In this document: positions 37,891-50,679 of the stretch, one piece after another
Position numbering within the stretch: the stretch's first letter is position 1
Layout of the letters: each line of letters opens with the position of its first letter
Made by a program: the position numbers and the translations under genes
NCBI RefSeq assembly: GCF_018350175.1
Contig: NC_058373.1
Location: forward strand, 100,814,001-100,878,000
Reading direction: 5' to 3'
DNA length: 64,000 nucleotides
Source of the DNA: Felis catus
Lineage: Eukaryota
Notes under the pieces: generated by a model
What the model was told of the DNA's origin: nothing
The model's input: only the letters and a program-made list of their open reading frames with translations
The model's database searches: none

Positions 37891-39199
37891 GAACTTAACT
37901 TTGCACACAGAGCAAAATAAAAAATTAATTACAATACTATAAATTATATTTTGTACATTTTACTCATTTTATATATAGTCCCTTGTTATATACATTATAT
38001 ATTTGTACATACCTCCTCCTATACAGGGCAATGTACATGAAATCAAAAATAAAACTATACATAAAATTATGTATGTTATACCTTGTTGTCACTCAAGGAA
38101 CTTTCCAGGATAATTTTGACTGTACTTGATTCATCTTTTATTAGTTGCTTTTGGAACTAATGGAACCTAAGTCTCATGTAAGATGCAACTCCCTATGGTG
38201 CTGAAGGCAATGCAGAGGCTCTGAAGGATTTTAAACAAGAGCTTGACACAACGGGATTGATATATTTCAAGAGATCACCCTGTCTGCAATGGAAGAACAC
38301 ATTGCAGGTAGTTATATAAGAGGCAAGGCAGTCAGAATGTTGCCAAATGAAGAGATAATGGTCACCTGCACTAAAGCAATGGAGATGGGGATGGAATGAA
38401 GCACATGGATTTCAGAGATATGAGAAGATACAACTTCTAGAACTTAGAGGGGAATCTGTAGGCTGTAGCTAGCTATACTAAAAAGACTTACTTCAGTTCT
38501 GCAGCTTATCCTCATATCAGCAAGCTAGGAAAGGGCTCCTGAAACATTATTTGCAAATAGTTTGGGCTTATCTAAAAATAGCTCATGGTTCTGTAAAGAG
38601 AAATGCTGGAGAAGACTAAAACTATATCGTTTGGGATGGAATGTGAAGGCGGTAAAACAGTTAAGATTGACATCATGTTGTGATTCTAATTAGAACACAA
38701 GTCTTAATGAAAGTATACCTGCTCCAGTCCATGTAAGCCTGTAGTAAGTCGTCTCTTCAAAATAAGGTTATGTCTCCAAAAATCATTATGGGTTTGTTAT
38801 TTGGAGGTTGGAATATATTTCCTAAAGATATGAAGTTTTAAGATGCGGTTAGGTTTATCCCAATCTATTTAAATCAAAATGTAACTTAAAAGCTATGTCT
38901 TAACATAAACAAAAACATGTATTAGAGACTACTACTGTAAAAATGCTAATTAAATAATGCAAAAATATGAAATGCTAACAAGACATTGAATGATATAAAT
39001 TTTTAGTCATGGTGCTTGAAGACTAGCAGATATTATTAGGTGAAAACAAGGACATAATAGAGATTAGAGATTAAGAACTGAACTTCTGGGTTCTTTCAAA
39101 GATTATAGCACTGCATCCTTAGCTTATATAATTTAAAAGTATAGGAATTTTAGTTATGCAGTGTATGTTAAAGCATTGTGCCTAATTTGGGTAGAGTGG

Positions 39200-39400
39200 C
39201 AATCCTACTCTATTTTGCTCTGGTCCAGTTATACTCAGAGAGTATTGTAATCAGTGTCAAATATCACACTTTCAGAGGGACCTAGACAGACTGAACTATG
39301 TTTGAATTTGATAATCAAGATGCTGAGGTTATTGGATAGCCAGGAAACATTTAGATTGGATGAGAGGAAACTAAAAAGATATAAAGGCTATCCTGTGTGA
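39200..39400 (+). mobile_element. CR1/L3 LINE fragment
   Basis: ctactctattttgctctggtccag..gagtattgt..cactttcagagggacctagacagactgaa. Confidence 0.5.
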
Positions 39401-39761
39401 GAGGAATTTGAGCACTCTAAAGTCCCCAAAAGATAGAATGTGACAGCCAATGTCATGCTCATGTTATAGTTACATTTCTTTTCTATACAAGTTATAATGT
39501 TAAAATACAGTAAGTGAAAAGATATGAAATTCATTATTAAGAGCATATTGAATTTATTTTCTTGATCTTCATTCTTTTGATGGATGGTTTACCCTTCTAC
39601 CACACAATAAAAATGTATTTGCCCAGACAGTGTTTAACCATGCCTCAGGAGAAGGGTGCCATCTTGATTTTCAGGCCTTGAGAAGATTTTTTTCTCCTCC
39701 TTCTCCTTCTCTTTTTTCTTCTTCTTCATCATCTTTGTCTTCTCTTTCTTCTTTTTTTAAG

Positions 39762-39764
39762 ATT

Positions 39765-39808
<44 letters not shown>

Positions 39809-40119
39809 AAATGTTTATTTATTTTTGAGAGAGAGAGAGATGGAGCACAAGCAGGGGAGGAGCAGAGCGAGAGGGAGACTCAGAATCTGAAGCAGGATCC
39901 AGGCTCCCAGCTGTCTGCACAGAGCCCAATGTGGGGTTCAAACTCACAAACCATGAGATCATGACCTGAACTGAAGTCAGATGCTTAACGGACTAAGCCA
40001 CCCAGGAGCCCCTGATTTTATTTATTTTTAAGTAATCTCTACACCCAACATGGGGCTCAAACTCACAATGCCAAGATTAAGAGTCGCATGCTCCATCAAC
40101 TGAGCCAGCCAGGAGCCCC
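39762..40119 (-). mobile_element. Full Can-SINE (to 40012) inserted in the tail of a short Can-SINE (40015-40119)
   Basis: Two reverse SINEC heads ending ggagcccc; duplication gattttatttattt. Confidence 0.9.
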
Positions 40120-40419
40120 AGGATTTCTTGTTCTTTGAAAGTTCATGACACCTGGGCTGATTCAGCAATTTCTGGTCCTGGGAAGGAAGAAGATTAATCC
40201 ACTGACCTCATTAAGTCAAGTAATACTTTGTATTGGTTGATCTCAAGTATTTTGGACTTGAAAATAAATTCTTGAAGTCCAAGTTGGGCATAGCTTCTGT
40301 ACCACACGCTTCTTTAGATGTAGTTCTTGGAAGTGCCTATTTTATGTCTTTCCAGAGATGGATTTTCTTGTGTGTGTTAGATAGGCAAGTGAAAAATAAA
40401 GGTCCAGGGAAATTCCAAC

Positions 40420-40596
40420 CATGTCAAATTCCTCTTCATTTGCTTCAGCTTCCTGGATAGAAACAGTTTGAGATTGCGCTTCACGATATTCTTTCCTGAA
40501 GAGATGCTTTTGAGTAACATTTGTTCTTTCATTCCACTGGGTCTTGTCTGTTTGGAATCTTCTCTGTCTGCACCAGTTTGAAGCAAATCATCTTCC
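40420..40596 (-). pseudogene. Candidate exon (177 nt, or 76 nt from the acceptor at 40495)
   Basis: catgttcag|GGAAGAT...GACATG|gttgga (weak donor); GAA-rich; reads EDDLLQTGADREDSKQ.. and, in another frame, KEYREAQSQTVSIQEAEANEEEFDM. Confidence 0.35.
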
Positions 40597-40754
40597 CTGA
40601 ACATGAAGAATCATGAAGGGTGCCATGTTTGTTTGCTAAATTAAAACAACAAACAAACAAAAACCTTATGTGTTACCGGGCCTCAGGAGTGTGACAAGAA
40701 AATAGATTCAGGGAAAAAAAGTTTTAAAAATATTTTTTTAATATTTTATTTTTA

Positions 40755-41064
40755 GGGGTGCCTGGGTGGCTTAGACAGTTTAGCATCCAACTCTTGAATT
40801 CGGCTCAGGTCATGATCTTATGGTTTATGAGTTTGAGCCCCGTGTCAGAATCTGCACTGACAGTGTGGAGCCTGCTTGGGATTCTCCCTCTCTCTTTCTC
40901 TCTCTCTTTCTCTCTGTTCCTCATCCCCCTTTCAAAAAAAATAAATAAACCTTTTTTAAACAAGATTTTATTTTTAAGTAATCTATACCCAATGTGGGGC
41001 TCAATCTCACAATCCTGAGATCAAGAGTCACATGCTCCACCGACTGAGCCAGCCAGGTGTCCCC
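40755..41064. mobile_element. Plus-strand Can-SINE (40755-40950) inserted in the tail of a minus-strand short Can-SINE (40963-41064)
   Basis: Duplication aa(t/g)atttt(t)attttta; outer TSD aggga(a/c)aaaa(a/t)gttttaa. Confidence 0.85.
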
Positions 41065-41552
41065 AGGGACAAAATGTTTTAAGAAAAGTTGTTTACTTGT
41101 AGAGGAAGCTTAAATTCAGAAAGGTTGCCTCCTCAAAGGATACATGGCTATTTAAGGGATAAAACTATTAGAGTTTATCCGCACATGATAGAAAGAAAAA
41201 AAAAAAAAAGAGCAGTTTCTTCATTTGATTGTCTTATTGTACCCATTGCAAAAGCATCAGGGAAAAGCGTTTTTTTGTTAGGGAGACAGTAACTTATGTG
41301 GAAAGGCTCAAAGTTTCCTCTGTTTGGGGGACTAGAAGTAGACACAGTATCTCTGTTTTTGTCTTTGTTTTTGGTTTTGCTTATTTATCTCATGAGCAAA
41401 GTCCCAGGTTTGTTGTCGTTTTCTTCCTCTGACTTTATGACATGGAGTGATGTGCACACTTATTCAAAATGAAAGCACGATTACTTTCAGTGGAAAACTA
41501 AGACTTTGTGTCGGAGGCAGCAAAGCCCAACTCCTCTGAATTACCAACTTAC

Positions 41553-41609
41553 ACTGATATTGAAGAGGGAGATATGTCCTTACTCAAGCCTCATAGCTCC
41601 TCCATTTGC
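41553..41609 (-). pseudogene. Candidate exon (57 nt) with an in-frame TGA
   Basis: ctaacattcttaag|GCAAATG...TCAGT|gtaagt; phase 2 reads QMEEL*GLSKDISPSSIS. Confidence 0.3.
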
Positions 41610-44041
41610 CTTAAGAATGTTAGTTTTATTAAGACATCACTTATCGCTCTATGATAACTAACCACTTCTATCCACTGGCATAAGTTTTCTTTCCTTTTCA
41701 CTGGGATTCTTCAGATCTACAACAGCATCCATGCTGGCTAAGGTTATGTCAGTGGACATAACCAAAGAGCAGACTCATTTGGTTCAGCATTTGATCGTAT
41801 GGTATGTAGTTTTAAAATTGATTTGTGAGAGAAGCTTATTTTTTCAGCAAGTTGGTTTAATATGTCCCATAGGTAAGTAAATAGCATTGTTCATTTTCTA
41901 CTAAGTGAAATTGATCAAATGTAGAGATGAGGTGTCTTTGTCTGGCTGGCATCAATTAGTTACTGTTAATATTGCCACTGGTCAACCTGGAAAACCAGTG
42001 ATTAGAAAAGGGTTTGCAGTCAACCACTGGGATTTGCCATCACTGGCTCAAACATCAAGGGGATACTAAGGTAGTTTCAGTACAGCTGGTGAATTGCTCC
42101 GGTAGTGCCTATCATTTAAAAATTATAAGGGCTATTAATTCTGGTCCATAGTGGAAAAAGCACGGTGACTGTGGGTATGAATCTGTTGCTCAGTAAGAAG
42201 GATTTTAAAATATTATTTTCTATCTAATCAGATGAATAATTAACATTTGAATGGAAGGATTAAAAATATAGTCCCATGATTCCAGGATAGAGAATCTTAA
42301 TAGCTGTTATTATCCTGAAATTGCTATTATATTATCTCACTTGAGTTTTTTAAAATTAAGCTTCTTAGTTGTGAAACCCAATCATCTGAAATACTCCGCT
42401 CACTTCTTGAGTGTCCTTAGCCCTCGGTCCTAGCGTGGGAAACATAATGAACCCTTTGGCAATTTACCCAGCAGTGTGTGTAGGAGTTGATTTTTAAAAT
42501 GCAATTGATCATTTGTTCCTATAAAATTTCTTTCACAGACACATGCCTCCATGAAAATGCATTTAACATTAAGAGTCTGACTGTAATCTGGATTTTTGGT
42601 CTTAAACTGAACTGTTGGGAAAGAAGAAAAGGTGGGTGGGAAGAGAAAAAGAGAGTTAAGTTTAGTTACGGGTGTGTTGCATCTCTGCCTCTTACTTATA
42701 AAAAAAGATCTTATACTTTACTTATAAAATAGATCTCCTTTGTCACTTACAATAAAATACCAAAGACTGATAGAAAATACAATGAATACAATAAAATACC
42801 GAAGAGTGATAGAAAAGATAATAGATTTCACTGCTCATAAAAATTAGGCATCACCAATATGATCAACAAATAACGATTTAGGAGACACTTACAATATTGA
42901 ATGGCAGAATGAGGAATTTATGTTTTAGTTGCCATAAAAACTGAGATCCAGAAATGTTGCAGCTTTCTTAATGACTGGAATAGAGGACCTCCCCCACTCG
43001 CCGACAAAAGGATAATTAATGTTAATAAGTGTAGGATTTCATGAATAGAATCAGTTTTTGCTTTTATGATTCAAAAATTCTGTGGTAATCAGCAATAGTC
43101 ATCAATGAAATAAGGCCTTATGTCTACCTAATGGGCTTACCTATTAATGTACTTACTTAATGTTTATTAAGTGTGTGCTATGTGTAACACCACTGCTGAG
43201 TACTGAAATTTCAAATATGACTAAGATACATTTGCTACTTACAAGCAATTCCGTGTGTAAAGTGATGTGATGAATATTTGTGGGTTTTAGTTAGGAAAGC
43301 AATCTACCTGTTGCCACTGTTAAATGGATTTTCTAACTTTGACAACACATTGCAAAGGGTTAACTTAGTCTTCTAAAACGGGTAATGATGTGTTTATTCA
43401 AGGCCTTGCACTTTTTGTATGTTTTTGTTAAATCAAAATCCAGGGCGCAGAATCCTGCTCTCTTTGAAAATGCTGCGTAGGACATCTTGGTGTCTGGGAA
43501 CTTGGCCACAACCAGTTTTACAAAGATGGTATAGTTGATAAATAATTGATTGGTATATAATCAAGTTTACGTTCTTCCCAATAAAAAGAAATATGTGCTA
43601 TCACTTCCAAGTCAGCAAGCACCAAATAGACAGAAAGACCACTTTTTAATCAATATACCCTGGGAAAGGTAAGAGGCCACAGAACCAGTTGGGAACAGCT
43701 AGTGAAGACAAGCTGGTAGGACATCCATGCTGGTATCATCAAGCATGAGAGATGATGTAATGCAACATCTAATCAATTATGTACCACCCAGTATGACCCA
43801 CACTGCTTCTTGGAAAAGCTCGAATTGAAGATACTAACATTTCTGCTGCAAGCATGTGACCACAGAGTCATAAAGAAGGGAGAAGCACAGAAGCACGCTC
43901 CGAGTGTCCCCAACAGCATCCAGGGGCCTGGCCTGTGAACAGGCACGCCTCATCCGTGTGGTCAACAGAGCCCTCTGGCGATGGAGGATGCCACAGCCTG
44001 GCATGATGCTAACATGGGGAACGGAGGGAACCGCCTGGCAC

Positions 44042-44326
44042 CTGGCCTTTATCATGTGGTCCGAGGAGCTCCACATGTTCGGGAGCTCTGCGTAGTAGCT
44101 GTCTTCTTTCTAACTCCGTAGCTTCCCAGTGTTTGAGGGTCTGCTGGACATTAGACGAGCAGTCCTCGGAGTTATTTTTGTTAGTGAGCACTGGATTTCC
44201 TACTCCTTCGACTTTTTACCCTGAGTCTCACTTCTCCCACTTTTCAAGTCTCCTTTCAGGTGCCAGGTTTTCTTCTAAGACTTTTTCTCAGGTTCTCTTT
44301 TGCCATGTTTCTGGCCGTCCAAACAC
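44042..44326 (-). pseudogene. Candidate decayed exon (285 nt)
   Basis: cctttag|GTGTTT...GCCAG|gtgcca (weak sites); purine-rich and CpG-retaining; EKVLEENLAPERRLEKWEK* and QQTLKHWEATELERRQLLRRAPEHVELL. Confidence 0.35.
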
Positions 44327-44807
44327 CTAAAGGCCTCAAATCATTCATCACAATTGATGGAATACTCAATAGGCAGGGTCTTCTCACACACCTACTTTTT
44401 CTTTATTTTTGAAAATTACAACACAGAAGTATATAAAGGCATATAGTATATACACTATATAAAATACAAAATGAAAGTTGTTCCCTTTTACAACAGCTTC
44501 CATATTCTCTGGAGGTATCACAGTTGCCTGTTTACTCTGCATCCTTTTGGACCTCTTCAGGGCCCTGCAGATGACATATACTTACATCCATGTACAACTG
44601 AGTGGGTTTTCCCCATAAACTTGCATCAGTTATCAGTAGGTTAAAAAAATAGTGTTTGGGTTTAACAGTAGCCCCCCAAAATAATTTTAACTAGTGTTTC
44701 TCAGATTTTTTTCTAAGAAACACAACTAACATTATAACCCAGGACACAGATGCTTGTGTCTGTGTATGAAAAACAGAAGCAAGTTGTTTAGGAAACACAA
44801 CACTTAC

Positions 44808-45092
44808 CTGTACTGTGTTCAATTCACTCTAAAGCTTTCTGCCTCTGTTTTATGTTACTCTATTCTTTTTTTTAAATGTTTATTTGTTTTTGAGAGACAG
44901 AGAGAGACAGAGTGCGAGTGGGGGAGGGGCAGAGAGAGAGGGAGACACAGAATCCAAAGCAGGCTCCAGGCTCTGAGCCGTCAGCACAGAGCCCAACTGG
45001 GGGGCCCGAACCCACGGACTGTGAGATTGTGACCTGAGCCTAAATCAGACACTTAACCGACTGAACCACCCAGGCACCCCTACTTGATTCTT
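44808..45092 (-). pseudogene. Candidate 60-nt exon interrupted by a Can-SINE
   Basis: Branch-like actgac, atttaatttag|AAG, and donor CAG|gtaagt; removing the SINE and one TSD copy leaves exactly 60 nt. Confidence 0.35.
44868..45080 (-). mobile_element. Can-SINE (feliform type)
   Basis: Reverse SINEC_Fc; TSD tactctattctt/tacttgattctt. Confidence 0.95.
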
Positions 45093-45402
45093 CTAAATTA
45101 AATAAATGTTTGTCAGTGGCTACCAGCTGGCTCAAGTAATGGATCATGAGCTACTGTTTAAAAAACACTGATTTAAATGGAGCTTGTGTTTTTGACTAAT
45201 TCCTTGGTTTCCCATTTCTAAATACCTCTTGCTGTTTTTGGTGATGTAGGAGAGAATGGGGGTGGCTCCCAGGACTTCAGAGAGGTGGAATGTAGGGGTC
45301 CTATAGTTCCATGCTGAACTTCCTTGCGCATACAATTTTTGTGTAGTTGTGTAAGTGTTTCTTATAGGTTGTATAACTGCTAAAGGTGAACACACTAGAC
45401 TA

Positions 45403-45494
45403 GAGGTACCTGGCTGGCTCGGTAGGTGGAGTATGCAACTCTTGATCTCAGGGTCATGAGTTCAAGCCTAGAGGTTACTTAAAAAAACAAAAAA
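45403..45494 (+). mobile_element. Short Can-SINE
   Basis: cctggctggctcggtaggtggagtatgcaactcttgatctcagggtcatgagttcaagcc. Confidence 0.85.
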
Positions 45495-45929
45495 GGTGTA
45501 GATGCTGGACCAAAGAATATGTATCCTGGAAATCTGCATTATCAGATTGCCTTCTGAGAAATCATCTGTATGTGTTCTAGAATATGTAAATGAATATGGC
45601 AACTAGACATGCCCAAGTAACCATAATAGAGCACTAGCAGAATACTCATGGTCACTCTCGGTGTCCAACCGGTTCACAGAAATTTTGTAAGTGTCTATAA
45701 TGTACACATTGTTATGAAATAAATTAAAAAAAAGATATATCCCTATTTTTTCAGGTTTCACTCTGGTAATATTCTAAGTGGCCTCCTTTCCTCTTCACCA
45801 CCTAGGATCTCCCTTTGGGGCTCAATCTTCCTCCACAATTCTCTAGATTCCCACACCAACCATCCCAGACCACTAAGTGCCTGTATTCTTGGTTTTACAG
45901 GCTTCCCAACCTTGAATGCCCTTTTTGTC

Positions 45930-46590
45930 TTTCTGTGCCTACTCAAAATTTTGGTTGTGCTCATCTTCTAAGGCTCAGTTCAAATCCACTTCTCCAGAAG
46001 CCTTCCAAACCTCCCTTGTAGGCATGCAGAATTAACAGCCTTTGCCTGGATTTCCACAGCACTTTTCACTTAGTATTTTAACTGGGTACTTCCTTTCCCT
46101 GCTGCAATAAAATGCACATCCCTTACTCTAGCCATGAGTCCCCACATGATATGGACCTGCTAACTTTTCCTTCTTCACCTCATACAGCTCTCCCCTTTGC
46201 CCATTTAACTCACACTCATGTACCCTAATAACGCTCTCCAAATATGCCAGCCTTCTTCCCATCCTAGAGAACACTCTTCCCCAGACGAGCTCTACGTGAC
46301 CAGCTTTCTTTTGTCATTGAAGAGAGCCTTTCTTGGCTGACCGCCTAACATAAAGTAGCCTCCCAATCACTCTGTAGCACATAAGCCCATTGTATTTTTT
46401 TTTATAGCAGCTATTATTACTTAATTTTCTTAGTTGTTTATTGTTTAGCTTCACCATTTTCTAAGTTCCATGAGAACTGGAATGGTTTTTGCCTTATTCA
46501 GAGTTGTATCCTCGTTATGTAGAACAGTGCCTGGTACTCAGTAGGTATTCATTAAATGTTTGTTGGATAAATAAATGAACGAAATCTATA
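45930..46590 (+). mobile_element. L2 fragments including the 3' end
   Basis: taagttccatgagaac..tagaacagtgcctggtactcagtaggtattcattaaatgtttgttggataaat. Confidence 0.8.
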
Positions 46591-46976
46591 TTCTTTAATG
46601 GAAGAACCTATGTTGATCTTTTTGGGATCTCTACAATTTCTGAACATGTTAGCTTAAATGTGGTTGGAGCTCAGTAATATTACAGACTGAATTAATATAC
46701 CTTTTAAGATAGTAAAGAAGTGAAAACTGAGTAGTGGTAACTTTGGAATCCCTCATAAAATGGGTGGCTGTTTTATATAATGTCAATGCATATGTAATAA
46801 CTATTTTCGCAAGCATTAAGCCAAATGTTAACATCTTCTACATGCAAGGCACTTTAAATTGTACTAATTTAAGTTTTTGAGCAATCATATGTTTTATTAT
46901 TTTCTTTGACACATTTGGCAAACAGACAAATTTTTGTTAATAGTTACGCAGTTAGTAAGAGCAAGAACTGGGATAC

Positions 46977-47093
46977 TGGGGTGCCTGGCCAGCTCAGTCA
47001 GTAGAGTGTGCAACTCTTGATCTAGGGTTGTGAATTTGAGCCCCAATTTGAGTGGAGAGATTACTTAAAAATAAACAAATAAACTTAAAAAAA
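46977..47093 (+). mobile_element. Short Can-SINE
   Basis: ggggtgcctggccagctcagtcagtagag..; TSD aactg(g/a)gata. Confidence 0.85.
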
Positions 47094-47537
47094 TAACTGA
47101 GATATGGCCTTATTGCCCTATTGCAATGCAAACATATAAATAATATCATAAAAATTTTTGGAAATTAAAAAAATGTATTTCTGAAGATAGTTGTTACTTT
47201 GAGCTGATTGGTGCCATTTTTATATTTTGCTCATTAATTTTTTTTCTTAAGGATAGAATGGACTTTTTTTCCTTTCCTATTGATTCCAATAATCACAGAA
47301 AAGTAATAAACATCTGCTCCTTCCCTATTAGCACTCCCATTCTTGGGCAAGTCTGGATGGACATGCTCATGATATGTGTGTTCCATGATATGTCCATTTT
47401 TAGAACAGAATTTTATGATCTCACATCTCTTAAAATGACTTTAATGTGGTTTTTAAGTAAGTACTCATTTTCTTTTTTAATGGTGGTGTGAGGTAATATT
47501 TTTAAGGGGATAAATGACAGTGTGGAGAAATACTTAC

Positions 47538-47756
47538 TTTTGTTGTGTGTCACATGTTCAGTGTCTAATTTGCTGGTTTTAGGGCCTTGGTATAGTATTG
47601 ACAACCCAGGCGGGAGGCTCCAGACCCAGCAGCCACCCCAGGGCATGCCCCTTGATCCTATATAGCTCCAGCACTTGGAGTCAGGCCTTGGGCTCATGTC
47701 CACTTGGCAGACATGCTTTTTTGGCTTTTCAACTTTATAAGATTTTTTGAACTATC
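47538..47756 (-). pseudogene. Candidate decayed exon (219 nt)
   Basis: ctgacttttaaag|GATAGT...ACAAAA|gtaagt; contains LQVLELYRIKGHALGWLLGLE but has several stops and needs one frameshift. Confidence 0.3.
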
Positions 47757-47844
47757 CTTTAAAAGTCAGGAGATTTCACACACATGCACCACCCCCCCCC
47801 CCCAAATCCTCTCTGATTTCTCTTGAAAGATTAAAATATGCAGC

Positions 47845-47964
47845 AACAATGGCTCACATTCGGCATGGTAATAATTGGCAAGAACTGAATTACAGCCAAC
47901 CCCCCTCCGCCCCGCTTTGGGTACAGCTCGCACTCTCTCCTATTGACCACAGGGGGGAATCCCC
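47845..47964. promoter_or_regulatory. Candidate enhancer motif cluster
   Basis: AACAATGG (SOX) at 47845, CCGCCCC (GC box) at 47907, GACCACA (RUNX) at 47945, GGGGAATCCCC (kB site) at 47954-47964. Confidence 0.35.
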
Positions 47965-48159
47965 AATTGTTTTTAACATCCAGCCCCTCTAGATTTGAGT
48001 TTGAGACTCCTTGGAATCACTGGAATTTATTGGCAAACCTTCATGGTCACCCTTTTTAACTTGACTGCGCTCAAAATAGTATAAGAGAATGAATTGATGA
48101 TTTTATGGCTGCTCTATCATTCCTATATCATCTGGACAGGCTCATTCATTATTCTGCTG

Positions 48160-48312
48160 CCTGGTTCTCAATCTTGGATTCATGTTCGAATCACCTGGAA
48201 ACTTTTTATGATTCTGGGACCCAACATTAGAGATTCTGATGGAGTCCAGGCATCATTTTTATAAAAATCTCCCCTGGTGCTCGGAATGTGCTAGTTGGCT
48301 TAAGAACTGCTT
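48160..48312 (+). mobile_element. MER5A hAT-Charlie MITE
   Basis: tggttctcaatcttgg..gaatcacctggaaac..agagattctgat..ctcccctggtg..taagaactgct. Confidence 0.75.
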
Positions 48313-49214
48313 CTCTAGTTAAGGCTTTGTATAAATTTTATGTTATTGAGTAATTCAAAACGATGACAAATTCTGATGTGTAGGCAAATGAAGCAAAAAG
48401 GGTGTAATTATCGCCAGAAATAGCCAGATCAAAGAAGGGGCTGGTGAGCAGATGGACTCTAAGAAAGAAGATGGAACCTTGTATCCTGTTGTCTTGTAGC
48501 ACCCGGGAGATCTGCAAGATTTCTTAGCTGTCCCAAGATATTTGGGCTTGTCTTTGATTAACAGTAGAATTAAGAGCCCCTGACGGTGCTGAAGAAATCT
48601 AGATGCTTTTCTCTGAGCACGAACCTCTTTTTATACAATGTACAAATACATCAATTTCACATTGGAAGAAAAATTTGCAGAAGGAATAGCTATAGTTTTC
48701 CTATATTGTCGATTCCCCAAATATTTTAGGTTATAGATTTTACTTATGAATTTTTAGCTCTTCTTTACCAGTGTCTACCCTAAAGATTCTGTGAAACTGT
48801 GCTTGTGAGTAGATACTAATTTTCATGGCTGTTATTTATTATTGTGGATTAAAATCTATTTCAAATTAATCACTTTCCTTTTAGATTGCTATATGAACCT
48901 ATGTTAAATCAGTATATGATAATAAATGGCTTACTGTTAAATCCTATATTCTTGAAGACACATATTAAATAAATTTTACATTCTGAATCTAATCGCTAGA
49001 AAATATAACTGACCCATGCAGATATACAATAAACTTCTAATTGAAAAAATTATAATTTATGTTAATATTAGTAATAGTCCCATGATTTTATTAAATAAAG
49101 CATTTTAAAAGTAATTCAATGCAAAGCTTATTTCCTATCAACTTAAATGGCTCAGGAAACCCAGTTTTTGCATTTATTAATGTTAAAGAAATTTTATAAA
49201 TATGTTACAATATA

Positions 49215-49455
49215 CAATAAAACATTGGATTGCAAGTAACTTGTTTTGTGAGTGTTCCACAAGGTAAGCAAACATTTCTAATAAATTTTAACTTGATAAA
49301 TGAACGATGTCTTGCAATACCGGTAGTATGTGATGCTAAACATTACATGATCACAATTGAACCAATGGTTCTTGAAATTCACTTTGATATACAAGTGCTT
49401 TGGATTACAAGCATGTTTCTGGAATGAATTATGCCTGCAAATCAAGGTTTTACTG
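49215..49455. mobile_element. Tigger-type MITE (carnivore-lineage-like)
   Basis: Terminal inverted repeats caataaaacattggattgcaag and cctgcaaatcaaggttttactg, flanked by TA on both sides. Confidence 0.8.
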
Positions 49456-49867
49456 TAATATATATGTTGCTTATGGTAATGTAGTCATTCCTATTATAAA
49501 CTTCAACTTTGCCTTTAAATTACATATTTATAATTTAGCTCTGCCTTAGTAATTATATGTTGAATTATACATATATTTGAAATTCATACAATTTAAGAAG
49601 TTTATAATGCATATTTTCCACTTAGACTAGTCTGAACCAATTATTCCAGTTTGCTGCGGTTTTATTATATTTATTTATTAATCACTGCATAAATCCCAAT
49701 TCGAAGAGGACTTTATATAGACACAATTAGCATAAATCCATCCTCAAAGAGGATAAAGCCAAAAAAACATAAAAAAACACAGATATAAATGTCTATCAAG
49801 AAGTGAATTAATAAAAATATGATGTTATTTTCTGGGATTTTGTGATGCTTGAATGTCAGAGTTGGGG

Positions 49868-49998
49868 TTTTTTTTAAGATTTTATTTTTAAGTAGTCTCT
49901 ACACCCAATGCGGAGCTTGAACTCATGAAACGTAAGATTGTGACCTGAGCCAAAACCAAGAGTCAAATGCTAAACCGACTGAGCTGCCCAGGCCCCCC
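49868..49998 (-). mobile_element. Can-SINE
   Basis: Reverse SINEC head gactgagctgcccaggcccc. Confidence 0.85.
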
Positions 49999-50624
49999 TG
50001 GTAATAGTTTTGTAATGTCTTTCTGAGCAAAAGAACTTAAAGACAGTTGTCTTGCCTCTAGCATGATTAATTGAAATTTATTTTGGTAATGCTACGTAAA
50101 TTTTTAGAATTGTCAAATTTGGGGAAACTTCCATAAGTTTCTTTCATATATGAGCTGTGAGATTTGGAAGAATTTTCCACAGATTAACTTCTTGGCTGTC
50201 TATATTTCACATCTTGTTTTTCCTCCATTCCCACATACTTCTGTGCTGAGTGCCATAGAACACATGTGACAGAGGGGAAGATGGAGTGGAAAGACCCAGA
50301 ATTAATGACAGTTAAAATGTCTTATGCTAATTCTACAAAAACTTATGACCACATGGACACGTTGCTAGGGCCCCTCCTGCGTGGTCTTAGTGGGAGAGCA
50401 AGTGACAAAGCTTAAGTTTTACTCTTCATTGTAAACTTCACATGTAACAATGGAATTAAAATACAAAATAATCTCAAAATTCTAGAACAAAACAGATGAA
50501 ATTTAATTCAATAAAAGTAAAATCAAATAGAGTCAAAGTATTAATTTCACAAACACAAGTTAAATGGCATGTAGTAATGGGTCAAGGGTTTTAGTTGACC
50601 TTCATTTTAAAATTTTTGAAAAAG

Positions 50625-50628
50625 TTTT

Positions 50629-50679
<51 letters not shown>

